Source of the DNA: a virus
Lineage: Duplodnaviria; Caudoviricetes
Strand: one strand, 5' to 3'
IMG/VR virus record: IMGVR_UViG_3300027896_000139
Span: 1-31,937 of that record
Length of the DNA: 31,937 nt
Shown: one piece after another, positions 17,886 through 26,251 of the stretch
Layout of the letters: each line of letters begins with the position of its first letter
How positions within the stretch are numbered: the first letter of the stretch is position 1
The notes under the pieces: generated by a model
What the model saw: only the letters and a program-made list of their open reading frames with translations
What the model was told of the DNA's origin: nothing
Databases searched by the model: none
Position numbers and translations under genes: made by a program

Positions 17886-18097
17886 GCTGATAAAATTTTT
17901 ACTACTACCCCTCTCTCTAGATCGTAAATGTAGTTTTTAAGACTATTATTCTTTCTAACTGTAGCGTAACCAGTTGTACCAGCTATGTTGGGTCCACTAA
18001 CAATATCACCATCAACACTAAATGTTTTGATTGTTTGGCCATTTTCAGCTTTTTGTAAAGCTATTGTATTATGGTTTCTTAAAGTTAAGATATTCAT
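17882..18097 (-). CDS. Hypothetical protein
   Basis: 71-aa ORF with 4-nt overlaps on both sides. Confidence 0.7.
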   Translation of the reverse strand: MNILTLRNHNTIALQKAENGQTIKTFSVDGDIVSGPNIAGTTGYATVRKNNSLKNYIYDLERGVVVKILSA

Positions 18098-18471
18098 TGT
18101 TTTCTAATTATATACGCGTTAATAAAGCTTTCAACTTCTTCATCTGACTTATCATATGTAAGATTTGTAATTGTGCTTAGCGTTTGACTATTTGTATCGT
18201 TAACTTTAAAAGTTGTCTTTTGATAATCTTTCTCAATTAACATTGCAACCTCTTGCGGTAATGGTTCTGTGTCTACAGGTACATCTAAGATTTTACGAAT
18301 GTCATTAATCTTGTACCCCTTTTTGAGTAAAGCCTTTACCTCTTTGCAAACATATAGTTTCTCTAACGTTGCTTCATCACCATATTCTTGGACCTTCTTC
18401 TGTAAGAAATCTCCAGCATAAACAGTTGGCTTACCAGTCACAACACAAACTATTTTTTTACTCTTTACCAT
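18094..18471 (-). CDS. Hypothetical protein
   Basis: 125-aa ORF preceded by a sigma70-like promoter. Confidence 0.75.
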   Translation of the reverse strand: MVKSKKIVCVVTGKPTVYAGDFLQKKVQEYGDEATLEKLYVCKEVKALLKKGYKINDIRKILDVPVDTEPLPQEVAMLIEKDYQKTTFKVNDTNSQTLSTITNLTYDKSDEEVESFINAYIIRKQ

Positions 18472-18476
18472 ATGTA

Positions 18477-18504
18477 ATTATATAAATAATAACATGAAGT
18501 TCAA
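18477..18504 (-). promoter_or_regulatory. Sigma70-like promoter TTGAAC-N16-TATAAT
   Basis: -10 element 5 nt before ATG 18471. Confidence 0.55.
18481..18488 (+). promoter_or_regulatory. T4 late promoter consensus TATAAATA
   Basis: 5 nt before ATG 18494. Confidence 0.65.
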
Positions 18505-18715
18505 TGATTTAGTAAATGATATTCTTACTGAGGCTAAAAAGAGTTGGGTAAAAAAAGCTGTTAAAGGCATTAAAAAGGGTGCGTTGAGGAAGCAAGAACA
18601 TAAAAAGAAAGGCCAAAAGATGTCAGTATCTGAACTCAAAGGGTTAAAAGCACATGGTACACCATTAGAAAAGAAGCGTGCTAATTTTGCATTAAATATT
18701 AAAAAGAAAAAGTAA
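18494..18715 (+). CDS. Small Lys-rich protein, putative internal head protein
   Basis: Leader MKFNDLVNDILTE-A followed by a very basic body. Confidence 0.75.
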   Translation: MKFNDLVNDILTEAKKSWVKKAVKGIKKGALRKQEHKKKGQKMSVSELKGLKAHGTPLEKKRANFALNIKKKK

Positions 18716-18716
18716 T

Positions 18717-19157
18717 ATGAGGTTTAACGATTTAGTTGTTGTTGTTTTAGCAGAAGCCGGTAAAGTCGGTGAACGTACCGATGGTAAAAGAGTCCCTGGT
18801 GAAAAGATTGCTAAGGTGAAAAAGGGTGCTTATAAACACGGTTATAAGCCAGCTGGCTCAAAAAAAAAAGTAACTAAACAGGTCTTTTCAGAAGATCGTA
18901 AAGCACCTGTAGATACTATGAGGCCGTTAACTAAAACGGCATCTGGTACAATAGTACCAAGAAGAAGTAAAATGCATGGTCATATGAACAATTACTTCAA
19001 CCAGGACAATGAAACAAACGGTAGCGGTACAACACAAGCTGCATCAGGTTTCTGGGGAGATACCAACACAAAAATGAATACGTTTGTTGGTATGTTACCG
19101 CGTAATTTAAAAGCTGCCAGACTTAAGGCAAGTAGTAAAAGACGTGGTGTCCGATAG
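18717..19157 (+). CDS. Basic protein, putative internal head protein
   Basis: Leader MRFNDLVVVVLAE-A, paralogous to the neighbouring gene's leader. Confidence 0.7.
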   Translation: MRFNDLVVVVLAEAGKVGERTDGKRVPGEKIAKVKKGAYKHGYKPAGSKKKVTKQVFSEDRKAPVDTMRPLTKTASGTIVPRRSKMHGHMNNYFNQDNETNGSGTTQAASGFWGDTNTKMNTFVGMLPRNLKAARLKASSKRRGVR

Positions 19158-19689
19158 TAACGGTTTTGGCGCCTTTATCGAGTAAATTATCCGCCCATTT
19201 TGGTCGTCTTATCGACGTGGTATGATACCAACGAGCACCATTTGTGTGGTTGGTTGGGCCTGCCTTTACTATTTGCATTGCTACCTTATAGCTATCTGCA
19301 AATCTTCTACGCGCATCTATAACACACGCATTTACATTTTTACCATTAAAACATGAAAATTGTTTTGGTGCTGTTGCTATTTGCCAAGGTTGTTTATGGT
19401 CGTGCTTAGCTCTATTGTTAATAACTTCATTAACTGCTTGCATACCTTTAATTCCTTCACCGCGAGCTTCAAGTACTAATGTCGTTGCTACAATGTCTTC
19501 TGGTGTTACTTTTGTTTCGTCTTTCTGAGTCATTGCAGCTGTCTGTTTTTGCATGTCGTAGTTTTGGGTAGGAGAACCTAAAGCTGTTGATAATCCAAAC
19601 CCTGCAGCTAATGCTGCTGCTTTAGCAAAATCTTTTAAACCTTCTTGCTGCAATTGTTTATTGGTATAGTACTTATTAAATGGCTGCAC
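19123..19689 (-). CDS. Cell wall hydrolase (SleB / Hydrolase_2 family)
   Basis: EARGEG.KGMQAV.EVI.NR, KQFSCFN, TNGARWYH, PKWA, IGHHVFY; GTG start with TATAAATA at 19695-19702. Confidence 0.9.
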   Translation of the reverse strand: MQPFNKYYTNKQLQQEGLKDFAKAAALAAGFGLSTALGSPTQNYDMQKQTAAMTQKDETKVTPEDIVATTLVLEARGEGIKGMQAVNEVINNRAKHDHKQPWQIATAPKQFSCFNGKNVNACVIDARRRFADSYKVAMQIVKAGPTNHTNGARWYHTTSIRRPKWADNLLDKGAKTVTIGHHVFYYLP

Positions 19690-19697
19690 TATAATAT

Positions 19698-21329
19698 TTA
19701 TACAAACCTATCAATGAAGTATTTTGGTAGTTTAGCTTTGTTAGCAATTATTGCATCATATATTGTACCATCAAGTATATATGTAACACAATAATCTTCT
19801 TTGCTTCTGACACCCCTACCACAAGCCTGTACTAAGTTAATAAGCATCTTGTTTACATACCAAACTTTATCTTCATCGAATAAACGTTTAATTCTAACAT
19901 CACCTAGCGGTAAAAATGCACCCTTAACTATGATTTGAAATCTTGCAAGGTCGTCCTTTAGATCTACACCAAATGTCATTGATGGGCTTACTATAACAGT
20001 TGGTAAATCGGACTTAGAATGTGTTGATAAAATTTTATCGTTTTTAGAATCAGTATTTCTAAACAAAAACCTTTCACCTTTCAGATGCTTTTGCAAATAT
20101 TCTGTTATTTGCATCGTGTGTGTATGTATGATACCTTTTTCGTTTTTATGTGATTCACAAATCGATTTAATTTGCTGCACAATCAAAGGCAACACTTTTT
20201 GTATGTTTGATTTATTAAGTTTATTTGTTACTGAAACATAGATGGGTGCTTTGTTTGCGTCAAAAGAACTATCCACCTCAATATATTTGTATTCAGTGAT
20301 ACCTAACGTCTTTGCATAGTTTTTATGATCAACAATAGTTGCAGACATTAGTAACACGTTGTCAGCTGAATTAAAAATAAACTTTGAAAGTGTATCAACT
20401 CTTAATGGCATTATACGTACCGTCTTACCTTCACGCTGACATACATACTCACATTTATCCCACGTTGAGTCAATCAGATTTAATGTATGGTGAAAGTTCT
20501 TGAAAAAATTAAGTTTAATTTTTTCGTTTATGTTTAAACTCGATGATTTACCATGCTTTTGTTTTTGCGTTAAAGAATCAATATGTTCACCGACAATCAT
20601 CATAATTTGATTAAGCCAATTATGTACATCTTGTAAGTTAGCTGTATAAAGAAATGGTATTTTCAGACCGAGCATTCTTAGCTTATCCGGATCTACAAAT
20701 ACTGAAAAATGCTTTACAAGCTCATCCTCTAACTCAGATGCTTCATCACATATAATAAAATTTTTACGCTTAACGTGATCTGGTAACGATAAAAACATTT
20801 TATAGTTCAGTACGCTAAACTGGTCAACTAATGCTTTGTTCCTAGCATTGTAGTATGGGCAAATATTTTTAGACCAGCATTCTTCTTTAAGCTTTTGTGT
20901 GAGTAAACAAGGCGCGTTCTCTACATCAACATCTGTATTAACTTGACACTGGTAATTGCTTTTACCTTTCAAGACAGCTGAACTATCAAATAACCCCTTG
21001 TATTGGTCTTGTAATGACTTGGTGATCGTCAAGGTCATTGCACCGTGCGGTGGTTGGTTTAAACACTCAACTTCGTGGGTATAATTACCAACGTAATCCT
21101 GTTTAAATGCATCGTAAGATGTAATCAATCTTTTAAACTCATCAGTACACTTATTTGATACATTAGCTAATGTTTTTGATATAAAACTTTTGCCGGAACC
21201 TGTTGGCGCACTACAAATAACAAATTTATAACCTTTAGCATATGCATCTTCTATACGCTTAATGAGATCAATTTGCTGACTACTGGGGTTATACCCATCT
21301 GGAAACTTTGTAAGGTATCTACTGTACAC
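19698..21329 (-). CDS. SF2 helicase, DinG/XPD-like with a putative Fe-S cluster
   Basis: Q-motif, SAPTGSGKS, KGKSNYQC..APC..C..CPYY, DEAS, MSAT, QACGRGVRS. Confidence 0.88.
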   Translation of the reverse strand: MYSRYLTKFPDGYNPSSQQIDLIKRIEDAYAKGYKFVICSAPTGSGKSFISKTLANVSNKCTDEFKRLITSYDAFKQDYVGNYTHEVECLNQPPHGAMTLTITKSLQDQYKGLFDSSAVLKGKSNYQCQVNTDVDVENAPCLLTQKLKEECWSKNICPYYNARNKALVDQFSVLNYKMFLSLPDHVKRKNFIICDEASELEDELVKHFSVFVDPDKLRMLGLKIPFLYTANLQDVHNWLNQIMMIVGEHIDSLTQKQKHGKSSSLNINEKIKLNFFKNFHHTLNLIDSTWDKCEYVCQREGKTVRIMPLRVDTLSKFIFNSADNVLLMSATIVDHKNYAKTLGITEYKYIEVDSSFDANKAPIYVSVTNKLNKSNIQKVLPLIVQQIKSICESHKNEKGIIHTHTMQITEYLQKHLKGERFLFRNTDSKNDKILSTHSKSDLPTVIVSPSMTFGVDLKDDLARFQIIVKGAFLPLGDVRIKRLFDEDKVWYVNKMLINLVQACGRGVRSKEDYCVTYILDGTIYDAIIANKAKLPKYFIDRFV

Positions 21330-21340
21330 CTGTAATTATA

Positions 21341-21679
21341 TTAATTGAGTGCAGATAAAACAACTGTTGTGTTGTATAATTTATTTTTCTTTTTAGGTTT
21401 AAGTAACTTTGCTTTGATAAGCAAATCTATATTCTTTTGTGAAAAATCTTCTAATGTATAGCTAAAATACAAACAATTTTCACCTGTTGTTACTTTAAAG
21501 GGGTAAGGTAATTCAAATGTTTTTGTTGTGTTATCTGTCTTAAGAATAAAATTAAAATAAAAATCTTTAAACCTAAAAATTAACAGCTTACCCGACTTCA
21601 TAGGCTTTTCACTGTTAATGTAAAAAGTTACATTACGCTGTAAAAAGTCAAAAATCATTCTTTCTGTTTTTTCAATCAT
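21341..21679 (-). CDS. Hypothetical protein
   Basis: 112-aa ORF with an ATGA overlap. Confidence 0.75.
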   Translation of the reverse strand: MIEKTERMIFDFLQRNVTFYINSEKPMKSGKLLIFRFKDFYFNFILKTDNTTKTFELPYPFKVTTGENCLYFSYTLEDFSQKNIDLLIKAKLLKPKKKNKLYNTTVVLSALN

Positions 21680-22050
21680 GAGTCCATAAACACCATTTTT
21701 TGCTCAGCTGACATTTTTAATAGTGTGTTGTTAAAGTAATTCCAAAATTGGTCTTCTTGAATGGTGTTTATAAGATCGCACTGATCCATATTAACCATTC
21801 TCCAATTCTGCATAAAAATATCCCAAACAGGTAATAAATTTTTGGCTTCTGCATTGTATGGTAATATACCCGATGTTGGTCTATAATTTAAAGATAAACG
21901 GCCGTTGGTGCTGTTTAAGATTCTGTCATCTAAAGTGCAAAGCATACGTCTTACTGGCGATTGGTTTGGCTTTGGTCTTCTTCTAACGAAAACTATCTCA
22001 CATACGTTTTCTTTTAACAGGTTCTTTAGATTCGGTAACGATGTCCTCAT
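21676..22050 (-). CDS. Conserved phage SH3/Sm-fold protein (WYL_2/DUF2693-like)
   Basis: L.ENVCEIVF....RRMLCTLD....VWDI...NWR pattern. Confidence 0.6.
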   Translation of the reverse strand: MRTSLPNLKNLLKENVCEIVFVRRRPKPNQSPVRRMLCTLDDRILNSTNGRLSLNYRPTSGILPYNAEAKNLLPVWDIFMQNWRMVNMDQCDLINTIQEDQFWNYFNNTLLKMSAEQKMVFMDS

Positions 22051-22498
22051 TTATTAATTTAGTTTGGTCACTTACGGAATCGGCATTAACTCTCTTACAA
22101 ATGCCGAACAATCTTTGTTCATTTAAAAACACACCTTTCTTTAATCTACCATAGCCCTCAATTTCAATATTAGCAACTGATGCTCCCTTATCATTTGGGA
22201 AGATAACAATGTCGCCTTTCTTGCAATATTTAACACTTGGACCGGTAAGAATAACTTGAGCCTTTCTCCAAGCTTTAATTAACGAATTGGTTGGGACGAA
22301 AATGCCGTTACGCTGAATAACATCGCCTTTACCGTCAGAAACTTCGTCAATAAATTCCACTAATACGATATCATCAAACAAAAATGATAAGCTAAAATCG
22401 TCGCCAAGACCAAAGTTACCTTTACCGTAATTATCTAAATCTATTAAACTTTTTCTTGTCTCTAAAACGTCAATTGAAACTTTTGGTTGTTCTTGCAT
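21998..22498 (-). CDS. GroES-like co-chaperonin
   Basis: LFDDIVLVE, NGIFVP, KAQVILTGPSVK..KKGDIVIFP. Start moved to ATG 22498, with TAAATA at 22507-22512. Confidence 0.7.
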   Translation of the reverse strand: MQEQPKVSIDVLETRKSLIDLDNYGKGNFGLGDDFSLSFLFDDIVLVEFIDEVSDGKGDVIQRNGIFVPTNSLIKAWRKAQVILTGPSVKYCKKGDIVIFPNDKGASVANIEIEGYGRLKKGVFLNEQRLFGICKRVNADSVSDQTKLINEDIVTESKEPVKRKRM

Positions 22499-22505
22499 AT
22501 GAAAC

Positions 22506-22865
22506 TTATTTAGATAATGTCTTTTCAAAGTCAACATTACGGATGTACTCTCGTTGACTCATAAACTCAGGCACTATCAAGGACTCCTTTTCTTCTTTTT
22601 CTTGTTTGTTTTTCTTTATATATGCAATCTTTTTAAACTTTAATTTTGGTAAAATGTTATAGATAAAGTTATACTGATCTTGTTTTACCGTGAAATGGGC
22701 GCTATAAATGTTGGTTGTTTGGTTAATATAAACAGCTGTTTCAGGTGAATAAAATGACACCCATCTATTGATCATAAAAATACTAAACTGCGACTCATCA
22801 TCGCAGTTTAGTTCAATCTCATTCTTAGTATAAAGAATGGAATTTAAGTAATCAAATATTGTCAC
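22506..22865 (-). CDS. gp62: Clamp loader small subunit-like (T4 gp62 family)
   Basis: IFDYLNSI..K, FMINRW.S, N..N, QYNF..NILPK. Confidence 0.65.
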   Translation of the reverse strand: MTIFDYLNSILYTKNEIELNCDDESQFSIFMINRWVSFYSPETAVYINQTTNIYSAHFTVKQDQYNFIYNILPKLKFKKIAYIKKNKQEKEEKESLIVPEFMSQREYIRNVDFEKTLSK

Positions 22866-23038
22866 TTTTTAGTTTTTTTTAAAATATAACCATCTCCATC
22901 TTCTTCCCATACAACTGTATCGCCGATTTTCCAACCCATGCACTTTAAAAGCTCTTGTGGTAATTCAATGAAAAAATCACCAGACTTTTTATTTTTTTTT
23001 ACCTCTAAGACCCAAGCAATGCTTTCTTTCTTTTTCAT
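22862..23038 (-). CDS. AbrB/MazE/SpoVT-like DNA-binding protein (58 aa, absent from the ORF track)
   Basis: MKKKESIAWVLEVKKNKKSGDFFIELPQELLKCMGWKIGDTVVWEEDGDGYILKKTKK; 4-nt overlaps with both neighbours. Confidence 0.75.
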   Translation of the reverse strand: MKKKESIAWVLEVKKNKKSGDFFIELPQELLKCMGWKIGDTVVWEEDGDGYILKKTKK

Positions 23039-23625
23039 GTAATGACTTTCGTGGTTGCGATAAAAATATCATCGTTTAGGTTATAGAAAAGCTCAATAAC
23101 ATTTAGCATAAACTGGGTAGCTTGCTCATCAGTAAGCTTTGTACTGTATGCAAATGGTGGTGCCTTTCTACCGGCATTAATATTAATACCTGTATGACCA
23201 AGAGCTACACTATCCCGTGAGTATGTGATACTAACACTGCACTTACCAACCTTCTGAACTGAGCCATCACTACCCTCAAACTCATCATGAACCATAAAAT
23301 CATCACCATCAACCTCAATTGGCTTCTTGAGATACTTGTTAGAGAGAATCATGGCAATTTGCGTATTAAAAAGTCTCTGATAAGCAACTGCACCAAATGG
23401 ATCTAAACCAGGTATCTCCCAGCAAAAGTTAATTGCATCGTCACTATAAATGAAATCGTTCTGTAAAACGTCTTCATTATCAATCATACCTTCGGCCTGT
23501 ACATTCATTGGAGCTCTAAATGCAACAATATTGCCAATAGGTAAAACCTTTTTCCTGAAATATGTATAAGCAAAACGCTTGTGAATTAACAAACCATCAT
23601 AAACGGGAATATCTTTAATAATCAT
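23035..23625 (-). CDS. DUF366-like protein (biotin/lipoate ligase-like fold)
   Basis: YDG..I...FAY, IVAFRAP..V...MID.ED, I.SDD...F..E, YQRL, GDD, K.SVSI, HTGINI. Confidence 0.65.
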   Translation of the reverse strand: MIIKDIPVYDGLLIHKRFAYTYFRKKVLPIGNIVAFRAPMNVQAEGMIDNEDVLQNDFIYSDDAINFCWEIPGLDPFGAVAYQRLFNTQIAMILSNKYLKKPIEVDGDDFMVHDEFEGSDGSVQKVGKCSVSITYSRDSVALGHTGININAGRKAPPFAYSTKLTDEQATQFMLNVIELFYNLNDDIFIATTKVIT

Positions 23626-23631
23626 GTGTTA

Positions 23632-23659
23632 ATTGTATATTATTATATAATGTAATCAA
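23632..23659 (-). promoter_or_regulatory. Sigma70-like promoter TTGATT-N16-TACAAT
   Basis: -10 element 6 nt before ATG 23625. Confidence 0.5.
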
Positions 23660-24059
23660 CACACACACCATAACAATCGTAATTTTTATTTTTCCAGTCT
23701 TTTGAGGTGTCGACAATAATTGAGTTTTTACTTACAGGTTTACAAGGAAACGTCCAAATGTAGCCATTACTTGTAAGTGTATAATCATCATTTTGATGAA
23801 AAAAACATTTTATATTATCAACTAGCATTTGTTCCAAAGATTGTAAATGTTTAGCGTGACACCAAAGTCTTTTATGTTTTAAAAACTTTTTATCAACAAT
23901 GTAGTTTGCAAAGTCATGACCAAGATAGTAAAATCCATTATGGTACCATACATCGACCTCACAATCGTAGTCTTTTAAAACACTTTTAATATGTTCTGGT
24001 TTATTTTCAAATGGAGAAAATGCGCCTGATGTATTACCTCTATGCGATATTATTAACAT
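23643..24059 (-). CDS. Small GDPD/PLC-like phosphodiesterase
   Basis: IISHRGN, EN, CEVDVW, LGHD, WCHAK, GVCVD. Confidence 0.75.
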   Translation of the reverse strand: MLIISHRGNTSGAFSPFENKPEHIKSVLKDYDCEVDVWYHNGFYYLGHDFANYIVDKKFLKHKRLWCHAKHLQSLEQMLVDNIKCFFHQNDDYTLTSNGYIWTFPCKPVSKNSIIVDTSKDWKNKNYDCYGVCVDYII

Positions 24060-25416
24060 AATTTGTTAGGAAGTAATTAAGGTCTTCAGGTGTACCGATA
24101 CCCCACATCCTTTTAACATCAAAGCATTTAATCTTTTTACCGTCTTGAATTGCTTCATTAAACACCGGGCAAACATAAAATTCGTTATTAACTCTTATAT
24201 CATTCTTTACCATCTGTTCAGCATACTTGACGTAATCTTTACCTTTTTTCCAGTAATAAATGCCAACGGTTGCAATATCACTTATTGGTTTCTTTTCAGC
24301 TACTTTAGTTACAAAACCATTTTCATCGCATTTTGCGTAACTCCATTTTGGGTGTGTGGATTTAAAAGTCAATATACCGGCATCCACTTTATTAGTAACC
24401 ATATTATACATAAACTCACCACTATCCCATTCTACAAACTGATCTGAATTTGCAATAAGAAGTGGTTTATTATTGTTAATGTATTTTTTTGCCAACAACG
24501 TTGTACAGGCTGCACCTTCGGTAACGCCATCAATAGCTACAACCTCGCACCCCGGGGCAATTAAATTGAGAGTTTGTTTCAAATTATACTTTTCTAAATG
24601 TGATTGCTGGACAATAAAAATGTAGTTAGCTTCTATATTAATGTTATCTACTACTACTTGAATCATTGGCTTACCATCAACATCAATTAATGGTTTAGGA
24701 AATGTAAAACCAGCTTTTTCAAATCTAGAACCAGCACCTGCCATTGGAATTAAAATATTAAGCTTTTCATCCTTCCATTTATTTTTAGGGGAGTTTTCGT
24801 TGTCAATTTTCATAATAAAATTTTCTACTCTTTGTAACGTTAAGTCTTTTGGACTATTTACTGGTAATACATGTGCACCAGATCTTACCGCAGCTTTTCT
24901 ACCAACATAAGAATCTTCAACAATAAGTGTTTCGTCAGGGTTTATATTAAAATGTAACATACAACGCATATAAATTTCAGCGTTTGGTTTTGTATTTTTT
25001 ACATCTTCATTAGTAAGCAACAAGCTAAAATGTTCTATTAATTTTTTTCTTTGTAATTGAATAACTGCAGTTTTGTGTATTGAATTTGTGCAGCAAGCTA
25101 TTGTGAATTTTTCTTTAAGTTGTTTTAAAATTTTTGCAATACGGTGGTCCGGTTTAAATCTTTCCATTAACTCAACAGTTTTATCTTGTTTGTTAAGCCA
25201 AATTTGATCGTAAAAATTTTCTGGTAATCCCCTTTCTTTTGTAAGAAGTTCAAGCTTCTTTTTTGTACTTAACCCATCATATTTGGTTAAATGATCGTCA
25301 TATGAAATTGCGTACTGTGGATCAACTTGTTCCAAAGCATAGTTAAAAGCCTCAAAGTGTAGTTGTTTAGATTCAACTAACACACCATCAAGGTCAAATA
25401 TAATAAGTTTGATCAT
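24040..25416 (-). CDS. HAD phosphatase fused to a sugar nucleotidyltransferase
   Basis: FDLDGVL, KP..E.Y and VEDS..G, then IPMAGAGSRF...PKPLI, NSDQ, EKKPISD, GTPEDL. Confidence 0.9.
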   Translation of the reverse strand: MIKLIIFDLDGVLVESKQLHFEAFNYALEQVDPQYAISYDDHLTKYDGLSTKKKLELLTKERGLPENFYDQIWLNKQDKTVELMERFKPDHRIAKILKQLKEKFTIACCTNSIHKTAVIQLQRKKLIEHFSLLLTNEDVKNTKPNAEIYMRCMLHFNINPDETLIVEDSYVGRKAAVRSGAHVLPVNSPKDLTLQRVENFIMKIDNENSPKNKWKDEKLNILIPMAGAGSRFEKAGFTFPKPLIDVDGKPMIQVVVDNINIEANYIFIVQQSHLEKYNLKQTLNLIAPGCEVVAIDGVTEGAACTTLLAKKYINNNKPLLIANSDQFVEWDSGEFMYNMVTNKVDAGILTFKSTHPKWSYAKCDENGFVTKVAEKKPISDIATVGIYYWKKGKDYVKYAEQMVKNDIRVNNEFYVCPVFNEAIQDGKKIKCFDVKRMWGIGTPEDLNYFLTNYVNNIA

Positions 25417-26251
25417 TAAAGTATTCTTTTAATTCTATTTCATCAAAGTAATCTTCTAAGTAGTAATCGTGCAAATAATTTGGACAAAAATTACTTATAT
25501 TGTCAAATGATAAATTACCAATATCAGTAAAATTAATGCTGCTATGTAACTCATCGTACCACTTTTCCATATCATCTGTTATTTGTTGTATGGGAATACA
25601 GCCTAATTTTAATGCTTCATAATATCTTAAATTTATAAATTTACCTGTACCAAGTGGATTAAAAACAAATTTATACTCATATAGTTTGGTTAAGAAATCT
25701 TTGTAGTTATATTTGCGGTCAGTAACAATTATATCAATAGGTAAGCCAATGTCTTTAGCTTTCTGTAGTACTTGTCTTCTTGTTGGATAATAGTCGTTTA
25801 CTTGACCTATAAAAACAATTCTATTTTTTTTATTAATTGCTGGTAAATCAAAATTAGTATCTTTTGAAAGTAATTGTTTGTTAATTACTGTTTTGTTCAT
25901 TAACCTTGCGTCTTCAACATCACTAACAAACTGCGTTAAATTGTTTATTTGTTCAAGCACTCTTTGGTGATCTATATTCCAAGGAAATTGAGCGCTATGA
26001 ATTCGTTCAAAATTGAAAACGACAACTTTAATTTTGTTATTGTTTAGTTCAGTTATAAAATTATTGTTTTTCCAGATATTAACATTTGAAGTATAATGTT
26101 CATCAATAATTATAAGTGTTTGAATATCATTTAAATCGTTAACGTTTTTTACGTCTTTAAATGTTTCATTTAAATGGTTTGTTAAAGCCATTCTAAAGTT
26201 AGAAAACAAAGAATGATCTACCTCATTGCAAATTATACCAATATTACCCAT
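25394..26251 (-). CDS. Putative GT-B glycosyltransferase
   Basis: VFIGQ....R, YKFVFNP.G, NLRYYEAL..GCIPI. Confidence 0.6.
   Translation of the reverse strand: MGNIGIICNEVDHSLFSNFRMALTNHLNETFKDVKNVNDLNDIQTLIIIDEHYTSNVNIWKNNNFITELNNNKIKVVVFNFERIHSAQFPWNIDHQRVLEQINNLTQFVSDVEDARLMNKTVINKQLLSKDTNFDLPAINKKNRIVFIGQVNDYYPTRRQVLQKAKDIGLPIDIIVTDRKYNYKDFLTKLYEYKFVFNPLGTGKFINLRYYEALKLGCIPIQQITDDMEKWYDELHSSINFTDIGNLSFDNISNFCPNYLHDYYLEDYFDEIELKEYFNDQTYYI

Noticed and set aside
22499-22537. Upstream start of the GroES-like ORF
   Set aside because: It overlaps the gp62-like gene; ATG 22498 follows a TAAATA motif.
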